NCBI GenBank assembly: GCA_964535715.1
Contig: CAZHUO010000002.1
Location: 16,916 to 80,915, forward strand
From: an uncultured Gammaproteobacteria bacterium
Lineage (GTDB): Bacteria > Patescibacteriota > Patescibacteriia > Buchananbacterales > UBA6539
Direction of reading: 5' to 3'
DNA length: 64,000 bases
The translations under genes and the position numbers were made by a program. The number at the start of each line of letters is the position of its first letter. Positions within the stretch are counted from its first letter, which is position 1. The notes beneath the pieces were generated by a model that had not been told where the DNA came from, ran no database searches, and saw only the letters and a list, made by a program, of their open reading frames with translations. Below, one piece after another: positions 54,324 through 64,000 of the stretch.

Positions 54324-55586
54324 ATGAACGAATTTAATCATGATGTCTCATTGGGAAAATTAGACAGGTGTCAAATAACTGGTTCCAAAAATCTATTCGA
54401 AGCCATTGATTTGGGACATCAGCCGCCTTGTGATGCCTTGTTAAACGAAGAAGATTTAGATAAGCCGGAAACGACTTACCCGTTAAAGCTGATGATTTGT
54501 CCTGATTCCGGTCTTGGTCAGCTGGATTTTGTTGTTGACGGCTCCATTATTTATCCGCCTAATTATCCCTACCGTGCCGGCATATCAAAACCTTTGCGCG
54601 AATACCAGCAATCATTTGCCGATGGTGTAGTTGATAAATATAAAATTGAAAAAGATTCGTTGTGTGTTGATATTGGCAGTAATGACGGAACTTTGCTTAC
54701 CGGCTTTAAAAAACATGGAATGAAAACACTTGGAGTTGAACCGACAAACATGTCAAAATTTGCTGTTTTAGAAAATAATATCGAAACTATACAGGAATTT
54801 TTTACTGAAAAAGTTGCCGCCGAAATAGTTGAAACAAGGGGATACGCCAAGGTTATAACAATGACGAATGTTTTTGCCCATATGGCGCCTCTTGGCGAAG
54901 TTATGCGCGGTATAAACAAGCTAATGGATAAAGATGGTATTTTTATCACTGAAAGCCAATATTTATTGGATGTTTTAGAAAGCAACCAATTTGACGGGAT
55001 TTACCATGAGCATATAAGAACCTATAGTTTTAAATCGCTGGTAACGCTTTTCTCTTATTATGATATGGAAGTTTTTGATGTCCAGCGCGCAAGTCGGTAT
55101 GGTGGTAATATTCGGGCTTATATTGCTCGCAAAGGTGTAAAAAAAATCAGTCCGGAAGTTAAAAAATTACTTGATTTGGAAGAGAAAGTCGGACTGCATA
55201 GGCCTGAAGCTTGGGCCAAGTGGCACAAAAGAGTAATGGATAATCGGATTAAATTTATGGAACATGCCTATAGCGTTAAAAGTAAAGGTCAAAAATTAGT
55301 TGCTGATTCATGCCCTGGCCGTGGAGCGGTTTTAGTTAATTATTATGGTATTGACCACAACTTAATGCCATATATAGCCCAATTGCCCGGATCTGAAAAA
55401 ATTGGAAAATATTTGCCGGGAACCCATATTCCGATTGTTGATAATAAAATTATATTGGAAGAGCAGCCGGATTATATTGTGATTCTTGCCTGGCATTATA
55501 GCGATTATATTATAGATAATTGGCGCAAAAAAGGAGTAAAATCTAAATTTATCTTGCCTTTGCCGGAATTTAAAATTGTTGATTAA
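54324..55586 (+). CDS. NDP-hexose C-methyltransferase-like enzyme (TylCIII-like)
   Basis: N-terminal zinc-ribbon-like CQITGS...HQPPCDAL, a central methyltransferase fold and a C-terminal C-methyltransferase-type domain. Confidence 0.65.
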   Translation: MNEFNHDVSLGKLDRCQITGSKNLFEAIDLGHQPPCDALLNEEDLDKPETTYPLKLMICPDSGLGQLDFVVDGSIIYPPNYPYRAGISKPLREYQQSFADGVVDKYKIEKDSLCVDIGSNDGTLLTGFKKHGMKTLGVEPTNMSKFAVLENNIETIQEFFTEKVAAEIVETRGYAKVITMTNVFAHMAPLGEVMRGINKLMDKDGIFITESQYLLDVLESNQFDGIYHEHIRTYSFKSLVTLFSYYDMEVFDVQRASRYGGNIRAYIARKGVKKISPEVKKLLDLEEKVGLHRPEAWAKWHKRVMDNRIKFMEHAYSVKSKGQKLVADSCPGRGAVLVNYYGIDHNLMPYIAQLPGSEKIGKYLPGTHIPIVDNKIILEEQPDYIVILAWHYSDYIIDNWRKKGVKSKFILPLPEFKIVD

Positions 55587-55588
55587 AT

Positions 55589-56686
55589 ATGATTCAATTT
55601 TTGAACTTAAAAAAAATAAATGCCATTCATCGGGAAGAATTAATTGATGTGGTCAAAGGTGTTATCGACTCTGGATCTTATATATTGGGAGAAAAAGTTA
55701 AAGATTTTGAAAAAAAGTTTTCTGAATATTGTGGTGTCAGCCATACCGTTGGTACGGGTAATGGTTTAGACGCATTAACTTTAATTTTTCGATCATATAA
55801 GGAAATGGGAGCATTAAAAGATAATGATGAAGTTTTGGTGCCGGCTAATACCTACATTGCGACTATTTTGGCTATCACAGAAAATAATTTAAAGCCGATT
55901 TTGATTGAACCAGATATTGCTTCCAGTCAGATTAATATTGATTTTTTAAAAAAAAGCATTAATAAAAAAACCAAAGCATTAATTGTTGTACATCTTTATG
56001 GTCAAATTGATTTTTCCGACGATATAATAAGGATTGCAAAAAAGCATAAGCTGATTATTATTGAGGACTGTGCTCAAGCTGCCGGCGCGATTTATCAAGG
56101 AAAAAAAGCTGGATCGCTGGGTGATGCAGCCGGATTTAGCTTTTATCCGTCAAAAAATTTGGGGGCGTTAGGTGACGCCGGTGCGATTACGACAAGCAAT
56201 AAAGAATTAGCTGAAATTGCCAGGGCATTAAGAAATTATGGAAGTCACAAAAAGTATCATAATATATTCAAAGGCGTTAATAGTCGCTTGGATGAAATTC
56301 AGGCGGCTGTTTTGTTGGTTAAGCTTAAATATCTTGATCAAGAAAATAGCAAGCGAAAAGAAATTGCCAAGCTTTATTTAAAAAAAATTAAAAACGATAA
56401 ATTAAAAATGCCGACTTTGAACTCAGAAGAATCGCATGTCTGGCATTTATTCGCTTTAAGGACTGCTAATCGGGATGAGTTTGGCAAATTTTTATTGAAA
56501 AATGGGATTGAATATTATATTCATTATCCCATTCCTCCTCATTTTCAGCCGGCTTTCTCCGAGTGGAAAAATGAAAAATTTCCAGCCAGTGAAGAAATTC
56601 ATAAAACAACTATTAGTTTGCCATTAGACATATCAATGACAGCTGATGAAATAGAAAAAGTTATAGAAGTATGTAATGCTTATTAG
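55589..56686 (+). CDS. DegT/DnrJ/EryC1/StrS family sugar aminotransferase
   Basis: [21 protein letters not shown] (PLP lysine context). Confidence 0.85.
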   Translation: MIQFLNLKKINAIHREELIDVVKGVIDSGSYILGEKVKDFEKKFSEYCGVSHTVGTGNGLDALTLIFRSYKEMGALKDNDEVLVPANTYIATILAITENNLKPILIEPDIASSQINIDFLKKSINKKTKALIVVHLYGQIDFSDDIIRIAKKHKLIIIEDCAQAAGAIYQGKKAGSLGDAAGFSFYPSKNLGALGDAGAITTSNKELAEIARALRNYGSHKKYHNIFKGVNSRLDEIQAAVLLVKLKYLDQENSKRKEIAKLYLKKIKNDKLKMPTLNSEESHVWHLFALRTANRDEFGKFLLKNGIEYYIHYPIPPHFQPAFSEWKNEKFPASEEIHKTTISLPLDISMTADEIEKVIEVCNAY

Positions 56687-56713
56687 AGGTTTACTTTTAA
56701 CATAAATAAATTT

Positions 56714-57085
56714 ATGAATCCAATAATTTTTTTGCTTATAGCTGACGTTTTAATGGCGGTTTGCGGACAGTTGCTTTTAAAAAAAGGAATGACAATATTA
56801 GGGCCGATTGATTTTAACTTAAATAATATTTGGGTTTTAATAATCAGCGCCTTAAAAAATATTTATATTTGGATTGCAGTGATTTGCTATGTGCTGGGCT
56901 TGGTTTTTTGGCTTTTTATTCTGTCAAAAGTCAAACTTTCAGTGGCCTATCCGATAACAGCATTAGTATACGTTTTAGTCGTATTCAGCTCATGGCTTTT
57001 ATTAAAAGAAGAAATAGGTGTATATCAAATTGTTGGAACAGGCTTAATAGTTTTTGGCTTGTTGTTCATGTTTAAATTTTTATAG
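56714..57085 (+). CDS. EamA/SMR-like small membrane transporter (ArnE/ArnF-like flippase subunit)
   Basis: 123 aa, four TM segments, next to a sugar aminotransferase and a large membrane protein. Confidence 0.55.
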   Translation: MNPIIFLLIADVLMAVCGQLLLKKGMTILGPIDFNLNNIWVLIISALKNIYIWIAVICYVLGLVFWLFILSKVKLSVAYPITALVYVLVVFSSWLLLKEEIGVYQIVGTGLIVFGLLFMFKFL

Positions 57086-57086
57086 A

Positions 57087-58874
57087 ATGAACCAAAAAAT
57101 AAAAATTTTTTTTACACGCCATTATCTAGCAATTTTATTTTCTATTTTAGTCGGCTTGATTTATATTTGGCCGCATGTCTGGTTTATCGCATCAAATAGC
57201 GATATTTATCAAGGAATACCCTTAATGCAGATTGATAATGAGGATTTTTACTTAGCCCGAATGCAAGAAATTTTAGACGGTCATCCATCATTAGGGTCGC
57301 CGGCTTTTTTTGAATATAAAGATCAGCCGCCAATGTCTCCGCCAACAGTTGAGATTTTATATGCATTGCCGACTATCTTTTTAGGTATTCCGTTGATAAT
57401 TACGCTTACCGCAAGTAAATTTATTTTACCGTTAGTTCTTTTTTTACTTATTTATTCGTTTATTTTTTCATTGCTTGGCCGTGAAAATAATTTAGCAAAT
57501 AAAATCAGCTCTATTGCTGGCGCAGCCCTTATTTTATTGGGTTATGATTTAATTGATTATCGTTATATTTTTAATTTATTATCAGGGTCTATAGAGCCGA
57601 GCAGATGGCTGATTTGGACAAGACCAGTAAATCCTATAACCGGCGCTATTTTCCTATTTTCTTTTTTATTATTTCTTAAAGCTGCGGTTTGTAATACTAA
57701 AAAATCACTAATACCAGCTATTGGGGCGGGATTTTTTTTGGCCTTGATGTTTTCCAGTTATTTTTTTAGCTGGGGAATTGCACTTTCGATATTAGCTATG
57801 ATGGGATTCTTTTATATTTTACGGCGTAATTATTATGTTGTTAAACGCATTATATTAATATCAATCCTTGGAATATTTTTATCCCTTCCTTACTGGTATT
57901 CATCATGGCAGGCAAAACAAAATATTTGGTACGATGAGGCTTTATTAAAAAGCGGTTTGTTTTATACCCACTACCCATTATTTAATAAAGTATTGATTGT
58001 ATCCTTTCTAATCTACCTCTTATTTTTACTTTTTAAGTTTTTTAATAATTCTCGTCGTTTCAATTTTGAAGACAATGATTATTTTATTTTGGCTCTTTTG
58101 ACCGGTGGCTTATTTGCCTTTAACCAGCAGGTTATTACCGGAATGACTGTTTGGCCATTTCATTTTGTCCAATATACTATTCCTTTTTCGATTATTGCCG
58201 GAATTATAGTATTACATAATATCACATATAAACACTGCAGGGTTGTTTGGCTAATGGCTATAGGTATTATCATTTTGGCTTCATCGTCTTACGGAATATA
58301 TATTCAATTTGCTACATATTCTAATTATTTGGAATATAATAAGTCGGTTCAAGACTATGCGGCATTATTTAAATGGATTAATAGCCAGGAAAAAGACTGC
58401 GTTGTTTTAGTTGCCGGTGATCGCAGGCAATTTAAAGAGCTGAGTGGCTTGGTTCTTGCTTTTACTCATTGCAATCAATATAGTAATGAATGGGCATATA
58501 CCTTAATGCCTTCGGAAAGAGTTTATCATAACTATTTAGTTAATTTGAGAATGAAAGGAATATCAGCTGATGGGTTTGAAGAATATTTACAAAAAAATTT
58601 CTCAGAAGCAAGATCTTTTTTGTTTTCTAATTGGGCGGGATTATACGGAGTTTCTACATTTCCTGACTTTACAGATGAAAAATTACAAGAAAGAATCAAA
58701 GGGTTGCCTGGTGATTATCATGAGTTTCTAAAAAAAGATTTTAAAACAGAACTAAATAAATATCGTTTGGATTTTATTATATCTTTTGGGCCCTTGTCGG
58801 AGCAGGCTATGAGTCAATTAAGTGATATAAAATTTCTTGAAAAAATAAATAATTTGTTCATTTATGAATATTAA
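57087..58874 (+). CDS. Large polytopic membrane protein, possible GT-C-type glycosyltransferase
   Basis: More than 10 TM segments then a soluble C-terminal domain. The function call rests on context only. Start at ATG 57087. Confidence 0.4.
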   Translation: MNQKIKIFFTRHYLAILFSILVGLIYIWPHVWFIASNSDIYQGIPLMQIDNEDFYLARMQEILDGHPSLGSPAFFEYKDQPPMSPPTVEILYALPTIFLGIPLIITLTASKFILPLVLFLLIYSFIFSLLGRENNLANKISSIAGAALILLGYDLIDYRYIFNLLSGSIEPSRWLIWTRPVNPITGAIFLFSFLLFLKAAVCNTKKSLIPAIGAGFFLALMFSSYFFSWGIALSILAMMGFFYILRRNYYVVKRIILISILGIFLSLPYWYSSWQAKQNIWYDEALLKSGLFYTHYPLFNKVLIVSFLIYLLFLLFKFFNNSRRFNFEDNDYFILALLTGGLFAFNQQVITGMTVWPFHFVQYTIPFSIIAGIIVLHNITYKHCRVVWLMAIGIIILASSSYGIYIQFATYSNYLEYNKSVQDYAALFKWINSQEKDCVVLVAGDRRQFKELSGLVLAFTHCNQYSNEWAYTLMPSERVYHNYLVNLRMKGISADGFEEYLQKNFSEARSFLFSNWAGLYGVSTFPDFTDEKLQERIKGLPGDYHEFLKKDFKTELNKYRLDFIISFGPLSEQAMSQLSDIKFLEKINNLFIYEY

Positions 58875-58953
58875 TTAATTATTTCTCAGTTTCTTAATTT
58901 TTTGGCTTATCTTAGATAAAAAAAGTAATTTATATGATACTTGTTGACACCTA

Positions 58954-58982
58954 TTGACACCATCATAAATTGCAGTTATAAT
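58954..58982 (+). promoter_or_regulatory. Consensus sigma70 promoter with duplicated -35 box
   Basis: TTGACA (58954-58959), 17 nt, TATAAT (58977-58982). TTGACACC is directly repeated (58944-58951 and 58954-58961). Confidence 0.6.
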
Positions 58983-59007
58983 TTAGAGTATTAATCCTAA
59001 TCATTAT

Positions 59008-59256
59008 ATGAATCAAGAAATTAAGCCAAACGCAGTTTATACTACCGAGGAAACTCAAGAATTACTTAAAATCAGCAGGAGTACTATTAAACGAATGCTT
59101 AAGAAAGGCTTGATCCGAGCAAATAAAGTTGGCGCCCAATATCGAATTTTAGGTAAAGAGATTTTAAGATTAGTTTCGCCTGAAATTGAGAAAGAGGCGG
59201 CTAAGCGCTACATGAAGGTTAAGGGTAAGGTAGTTGAAACCATTAATAAATGGTAG
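59008..59256 (+). CDS. Excisionase-family helix-turn-helix DNA-binding protein
   Basis: YTTEETQELLKISRSTIKRMLKKGLIRANKVGAQYRI. Confidence 0.65.
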   Translation: MNQEIKPNAVYTTEETQELLKISRSTIKRMLKKGLIRANKVGAQYRILGKEILRLVSPEIEKEAAKRYMKVKGKVVETINKW

Positions 59257-59272
59257 TTTTTTTTATTTTATT

Positions 59273-61069
59273 ATGACAGCCAAAAATAATCGCGTCGTTA
59301 CAATAATTAAATTATCCAATAAAGCTTTTGGTAAGTATAAAAAGCAGATTTTAATTTTGATTCTTTTAGGATTTGCTGGGGCATTTTTGGAAGGCATTGG
59401 AGTAAATGCCATTATTCCGCTTTTTTCTTTTGTTATTGGCGATACTCAAAATAATAGCGATATGATTTCGCAAGTAATTGAACAGTTTTTTGGATTTATA
59501 AAAATTGATTTCAATGTAAACTATTTGCTGATTTTTATCATAATTATGTTTGTCTTAAGATCATTTATTAAAGTTTATCTTGATTATGTAAGAATAAAGA
59601 TTACTGCAGAGTATGAGAATGAAACCCGTAACTTCATTTTTCAGAAAATATTAAAATCTGATTGGCCACATTTAATAAAACAAAAATTAGGATACCTCGA
59701 AAATATTATGCTAATAGACGTTCCTTATAGTGCCCTTATCCTTCGGGAAATTAGTACTATTATAATGTTAGCTACGAGTTTGATTGTTTATCTTTTGGTG
59801 GCTTTTAATATTAATTTAATAATTACACTTTTAACCTTAGCTTTGGGGTTGATAATTTTTTTGGTTTTAAAGCCCCTAAATTATAAGACAAAAGTCTTAT
59901 CTACTGATTCTGCCAAGCAGAATAAAAACATTACTCACCATATTACGGAAAATATTTTAGGAATTAAAACCGTAAAAAGTATGTGGGTTTCTTCCGGTGT
60001 TGAAGAAAAAGGAAAATATTTTTTTGATAAACTCTATAATATTAAAATAAAAATTTTTGTTATCAAAAGTATTATTAGTTCGTTTATTCAGCCAATAGGT
60101 TTAATTTTTGTTTGTTTGGTTTTTGCTTTTACTTATAAATCCTCGAGTTTTAATCTAGCTTCTTTGGCGGCAATTATTTATTTAATTCAGAAAATTTTTA
60201 CTTATATTCAACAACTTCAGCAAAGTCTAAATATTATGAATGAAAAATTGCCTTATTTAAAAAGTTCTCTTGATTATCAAGAGCAAGCCATTAAAAATGA
60301 AGAAGAAAATTATGGAAATAAGAAGTTTGTCTTTAATGACGAATTAAGATTCAACAATGTTAATTTTAAATATAGTGAAAACGATAATGAAAGAAAAGTG
60401 CTGAATGATATTAGTTTTACTGTTAAAAAAGGAGAGATGGTCGGTATGATTGGTCCTTCTGGCGTGGGTAAAACTACTTTAGTCGATTTAATATTAAGAC
60501 TTTTGAAACCGGATAGCGGCAGTATTACCTTGGATGGTGAAGATATATCAAAAATTGATCTAAAATCTTGGCGTAAGAATATTGGATATATATCTCAAGA
60601 TATGTTTTTAATGAATGACACAATTGCCAATAATATTAAATTTTATGATAATTCTATTACTGATGATAATTTAATTAAAGCGGCTAAGATGGCAAATATT
60701 TACGAATTTATTGAAAATTTACCGGATAAATTTGAAACCAACATCGGCGAACGGGGAGTCAGGCTTTCCGCCGGTCAGCGCCAGAGAGTAGTGATTGCTC
60801 GTATTTTAGCTCATGGTCCGGAGATTTTAATTCTTGATGAAGCTACTAGTGCTCTTGATAATCAATCAGAAATTAAAATACAAAAAGTTTTAGATAATTT
60901 AAAGGGTAATATTACAGTTTTGGCAATTGCCCATCGGTTAACAACGGTCGAAGGATCGGATAAGCTTTTAATTGTAGAAAATGGATGTATCAGCGAACAA
61001 GGGCTTCCTCAGGAGTTATTAAAGAACAGGGAGTCTTATTTTTCTAAAACGTATAATCTAAAAAAATAA
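59273..61069 (+). CDS. ABC transporter, fused permease/ATPase (MsbA-like exporter)
   Basis: Six TM segments. Walker A GPSGVGKTT, signature LSAGQRQR, Walker B ILILDEATS. Start at ATG 59273. Confidence 0.85.
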   Translation: MTAKNNRVVTIIKLSNKAFGKYKKQILILILLGFAGAFLEGIGVNAIIPLFSFVIGDTQNNSDMISQVIEQFFGFIKIDFNVNYLLIFIIIMFVLRSFIKVYLDYVRIKITAEYENETRNFIFQKILKSDWPHLIKQKLGYLENIMLIDVPYSALILREISTIIMLATSLIVYLLVAFNINLIITLLTLALGLIIFLVLKPLNYKTKVLSTDSAKQNKNITHHITENILGIKTVKSMWVSSGVEEKGKYFFDKLYNIKIKIFVIKSIISSFIQPIGLIFVCLVFAFTYKSSSFNLASLAAIIYLIQKIFTYIQQLQQSLNIMNEKLPYLKSSLDYQEQAIKNEEENYGNKKFVFNDELRFNNVNFKYSENDNERKVLNDISFTVKKGEMVGMIGPSGVGKTTLVDLILRLLKPDSGSITLDGEDISKIDLKSWRKNIGYISQDMFLMNDTIANNIKFYDNSITDDNLIKAAKMANIYEFIENLPDKFETNIGERGVRLSAGQRQRVVIARILAHGPEILILDEATSALDNQSEIKIQKVLDNLKGNITVLAIAHRLTTVEGSDKLLIVENGCISEQGLPQELLKNRESYFSKTYNLKK

Positions 61070-61070
61070 T

Positions 61071-62567
61071 ATGAAGGTTTGTTTTTTACTACAAAGAGAA
61101 TTTGCTTATATAGGCCATGATTTAGCTGTTCATTTGAAAAACCGTCATGGAATTGAAGAATTTTGTGCTTATGTATTAAATCGTCCGAGTTACAGGTTTC
61201 TTAAATTTCAAAAAGAAATTAATTATTCCAGTTTACTTTTAGATGAAGATCTTCACCGCAAGGCCGAAAAAGAAAAATTGGATTTGAAGTATGTAAAATT
61301 TTTAGAAGAAGAATATGGTATTCCTAATCTTTGGCCGTATGTTGAAGTCGACAGAATTATCCGTCTTAACCAATTGGTCAGAGAATATCCCATGGAAGCC
61401 AGAAAGTATACTCACGAGCAAATGATGATTCAAATTCAAGTTCGAGCCAAAGCCATTATTGAGATGCTGGAAAAAGAAAAGCCTGATTATTTGTTTTGTA
61501 CTGTTGTCGGCGGCATAGGGGGGCTATTACTTTTTAATATTGCCAAAAAAATGGGAATAAATGTCCGCATGATAATGCCGGGAAAAGTTGGGACAAGATA
61601 TCTAATTTCCGAGGCTTATGACAGTTTTGTAGAAATTGACAAGGAACTTGATTCTCTCATTGCAGACGGCAAAAATGTAGATAACTATGAAGAGGCTAAA
61701 AAAATTCTGATTGATTTTAGAAATCATCCGACTTCATATGCAAAAATGACAAATTTTTATTTAGAACGTGCCAGACAAATCAAACAGTTTGATTTTATTC
61801 TACCATCAAAAGTGGTCAGATATTTAAATTGGCTTTTTGGCAGGGTGTATTATTATTTTTCCCAAGAAGATAAATATGATTATACTTATATAAAAATTTT
61901 ACCAAAAATAAAGGATCAAATAGTTCGTAAATTGCGGGCAGTAAGGGGAATGAATGATCTCTTCGATGATATTGATTTGGATAATGAAGACTTTGTTTTT
62001 TTTCCTCTCCATATGGAACCAGAGACTACCTTGCTTCTTTATGCTTATAGATATACAAATCAGATTGAAGTAATAAAGCAGGTTGCAAAATCTTTGCCAA
62101 TTCATTTTAAACTTTATGTTAAAGAACACCCCCGCATGGTTGGTTTTAGGACTCGTAAATATTATAAGGAATTAAAGAAGATTCCCAACGTTAAATTAGT
62201 AAGACATCAGGCTAGCAGTCTGGAATTAATAAAGAAAGCCAGGCTGGTTACTGTCATTAGCGGTTCGGCTGGCTGGGAAGCTATTCAGCTGAAAATTCCA
62301 GTCATTACTTTTGGCGGAGTATTTTTTAACAAGCTTTCAATGGTCAAAAGTTGTGATAGTTATAATAAATTATCTAACATTGTAAAGCAGCAATTGGAAA
62401 ATTTTGATTATAACGAAGAAGAGATTATTAATTATGTTGGATTAATACTAAAACATAGCGTACTTGTTGATTTAAGACATCTTTGGCATCATGAATCAGA
62501 TAAAAAGAAAAAAAGAGAAGATCTAACAATATTAGCTGATTTAATTGCTGAGTATATAAAAAAATGA
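61071..62567 (+). CDS. Capsule polysaccharide biosynthesis protein family (KpsS/LpsZ-like)
   Basis: FFPLHMEPETTL...LYVKEHPRM pattern and context. Motif-level call. Confidence 0.5.
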   Translation: MKVCFLLQREFAYIGHDLAVHLKNRHGIEEFCAYVLNRPSYRFLKFQKEINYSSLLLDEDLHRKAEKEKLDLKYVKFLEEEYGIPNLWPYVEVDRIIRLNQLVREYPMEARKYTHEQMMIQIQVRAKAIIEMLEKEKPDYLFCTVVGGIGGLLLFNIAKKMGINVRMIMPGKVGTRYLISEAYDSFVEIDKELDSLIADGKNVDNYEEAKKILIDFRNHPTSYAKMTNFYLERARQIKQFDFILPSKVVRYLNWLFGRVYYYFSQEDKYDYTYIKILPKIKDQIVRKLRAVRGMNDLFDDIDLDNEDFVFFPLHMEPETTLLLYAYRYTNQIEVIKQVAKSLPIHFKLYVKEHPRMVGFRTRKYYKELKKIPNVKLVRHQASSLELIKKARLVTVISGSAGWEAIQLKIPVITFGGVFFNKLSMVKSCDSYNKLSNIVKQQLENFDYNEEEIINYVGLILKHSVLVDLRHLWHHESDKKKKREDLTILADLIAEYIKK

Positions 62568-63496
62568 TTACCATAAGTTCAATTTGTTATCATTATATTG
62601 CTAGAGGGGATGAATTTAAAAGGATTTGGGGGCACAGCTTTGAGCTTTTCAAAGAGCATATAGATTTTTTTAAAAAGAATAAAAGAATTATTGACCCGCA
62701 AGATGTTTTGCATGAAAGATTTGAAGAAGGGAATAATTATATTCTTTTGACATTCGATGATGGTCTGAAAGAGCATATTAGGATAGCTGATTATTTAGAT
62801 AGTCTAAAGCTGAAAGGGATTTTTGCTATCCCAACTTGCATATTAAGAGAAGAACCTTCAAATCCCCAGATAATCCATTTTGGCTCGGCCTATTATGGAA
62901 TAAGAAAATTCTATAGCTTCGTTGCCAAAGAAATAGAAAGTAATTTTTCTCAAGATTATTTTTTGCTGGCAGAGAAGCCAAATAGATTAGACATCAATGA
63001 GTTGCACAGAACTACTAAAGATATTTTTAAACGCAGAGTGGCACCGGTAATAGGCAGGAGGATATTATTAAATATTTTTAATAACAAAATTAAAAAGGAT
63101 TTTCCAAATTTTATGGAATTGGTGCATTTAAATAAGAAAGACATTGTTAATTTGGTAAAAAAAGGGCATACTGTTGCGGTTCACTCCGATACCCACCCTG
63201 TTGTTAGGAATATTGAAACAGATAAAGGCTTAATTTCAAAAGAAATTATGAAATCAAAGGCAAGTCTTTCCGGTTTAATTGGCCGGGAAGTGGAAATTTT
63301 TGCTTATCCTTTTGGAGAAAAAAATGATATTATAAATGATACAACAATTTTGACTGAAGCTGGCTATAAACAAATTTTAACCACTTATCAAGCCGGATTA
63401 GATTTTAATCAGTTGAATCTGGGTAGATATTGTTCACAAAGCCAGGATCAAGCTGAAAATTTGGCTAACCAGCTTTGGAAATATAAAGTTAAATAA
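62564..63496 (+). CDS. Polysaccharide deacetylase family protein
   Basis: LLTFDDGLKEH and HSDTHP. Confidence 0.75.
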   Translation: MITISSICYHYIARGDEFKRIWGHSFELFKEHIDFFKKNKRIIDPQDVLHERFEEGNNYILLTFDDGLKEHIRIADYLDSLKLKGIFAIPTCILREEPSNPQIIHFGSAYYGIRKFYSFVAKEIESNFSQDYFLLAEKPNRLDINELHRTTKDIFKRRVAPVIGRRILLNIFNNKIKKDFPNFMELVHLNKKDIVNLVKKGHTVAVHSDTHPVVRNIETDKGLISKEIMKSKASLSGLIGREVEIFAYPFGEKNDIINDTTILTEAGYKQILTTYQAGLDFNQLNLGRYCSQSQDQAENLANQLWKYKVK

Positions 63497-63500
63497 TATT

Positions 63501-64000
63501 ATGAATATAAAAAAAGTAGTATTGCTTAATAAAGTCGGGGATATTATTGATGGAATCGAAAAACCTGTTGATTCCTATAATTCAGGCAATATTTATCCTC
63601 TAGTGATTGAAAATTATGTTTGGAACAAAGAGATGCAAAGAAACAGTGCTGAAATTTATAAGGATAAAATTAAAAGGGTTTATGATATAGATAATATTCC
63701 CGGAGAAACTAAAAAAATGGTTGAAGATGATATATGCAGAATAGATTTAATAAAGACTTTTGACTATGGACCCAAGGTGTTGGAAGTTGGTTGCAGTGAT
63801 GGAACTGTCAGTATCAAACTTGCTGAATTACCGACCACTGAATTAATTTTAGGAATTGATATACGCCAATCTGCTATTGATGATGGACATAATTTGATTG
63901 ACAAGCTAGTTAAGGAAAAAAAATTAACCAATGAAGCGGCAAAAAAAGTCAGGCTGGAAGAATTTAGAATAGAAGATTTACCGGTTAATTATGGTAAATA
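63501..64000 (+). CDS. SAM-dependent methyltransferase (5' partial, runs off the window)
   Basis: ATG 63501, open to the window end. Motif I VLEVGCSDG. Not in the ORF track because no stop is present. Confidence 0.6.
   Translation, partial: MNIKKVVLLNKVGDIIDGIEKPVDSYNSGNIYPLVIENYVWNKEMQRNSAEIYKDKIKRVYDIDNIPGETKKMVEDDICRIDLIKTFDYGPKVLEVGCSDGTVSIKLAELPTTELILGIDIRQSAIDDGHNLIDKLVKEKKLTNEAAKKVRLEEFRIEDLPVNYGK

Overview
This is a 64-kb AT-rich bacterial chromosome fragment, roughly one-third G+C by hand counts. Genes are small, tightly packed and mostly on the plus strand. Few have Shine-Dalgarno sequences. I associate the gene content with Patescibacteria/CPR-like genomes, which is inference only. 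All family calls below come from motifs I can read in the supplied translations; no database search was run.

Layout:
- 1-2.1 kb: a GC-rich, foreign-looking two-gene cassette. It holds an SD-led 27-aa peptide and a fused PqqD-like/radical SAM/SPASM enzyme.
- 2.1-14 kb: housekeeping and accessory genes. These are a methyltransferase, GNAT, two Nudix hydrolases, an S51 peptidase, RlmN, HU, a GT28-like transferase, a 2-oxoacid:ferredoxin oxidoreductase and a secreted repeat protein.
- 14.3-16.3 kb: a rearranged tRNA-Pro locus. It has one intact tRNA, two direct-repeat tRNA fragments, a GIY-YIG ORF, a 349-bp structured insertion with a target-site duplication and a 119-bp IR-flanked insertion.
- 17-25 kb: UppS, RarA, PilT and a pilin-linked membrane operon ending in an HtrA-like protein that lacks its catalytic triad.
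- 25.6-30.9 kb: an ECF sigma/anti-sigma pair followed by a 1189-aa surface protein.
- 31.2 kb: a second GIY-YIG gene bracketed by inverted TTGTCAT-type repeats.
- 31.7-39.1 kb: a TPR, O-antigen-ligase-like, CotH, VTC and DUF4956 block.
- 39.1-64 kb: a roughly 25-kb glycan cluster. It has seven GT4/GT2 genes, five methyltransferases including the partial one at the window edge, a B12-radical SAM enzyme, AsnB, a DegT aminotransferase, an ABC exporter and deacetylases.

The best candidate for a new system is the Cys/Trp/Tyr-free peptide plus RRE-rSAM-SPASM cassette at 210-2075. The tRNA-Pro invasion hotspot and the GC-rich non-coding elements at 4420-4738, 5268-5366 and 15237-15752 come next.
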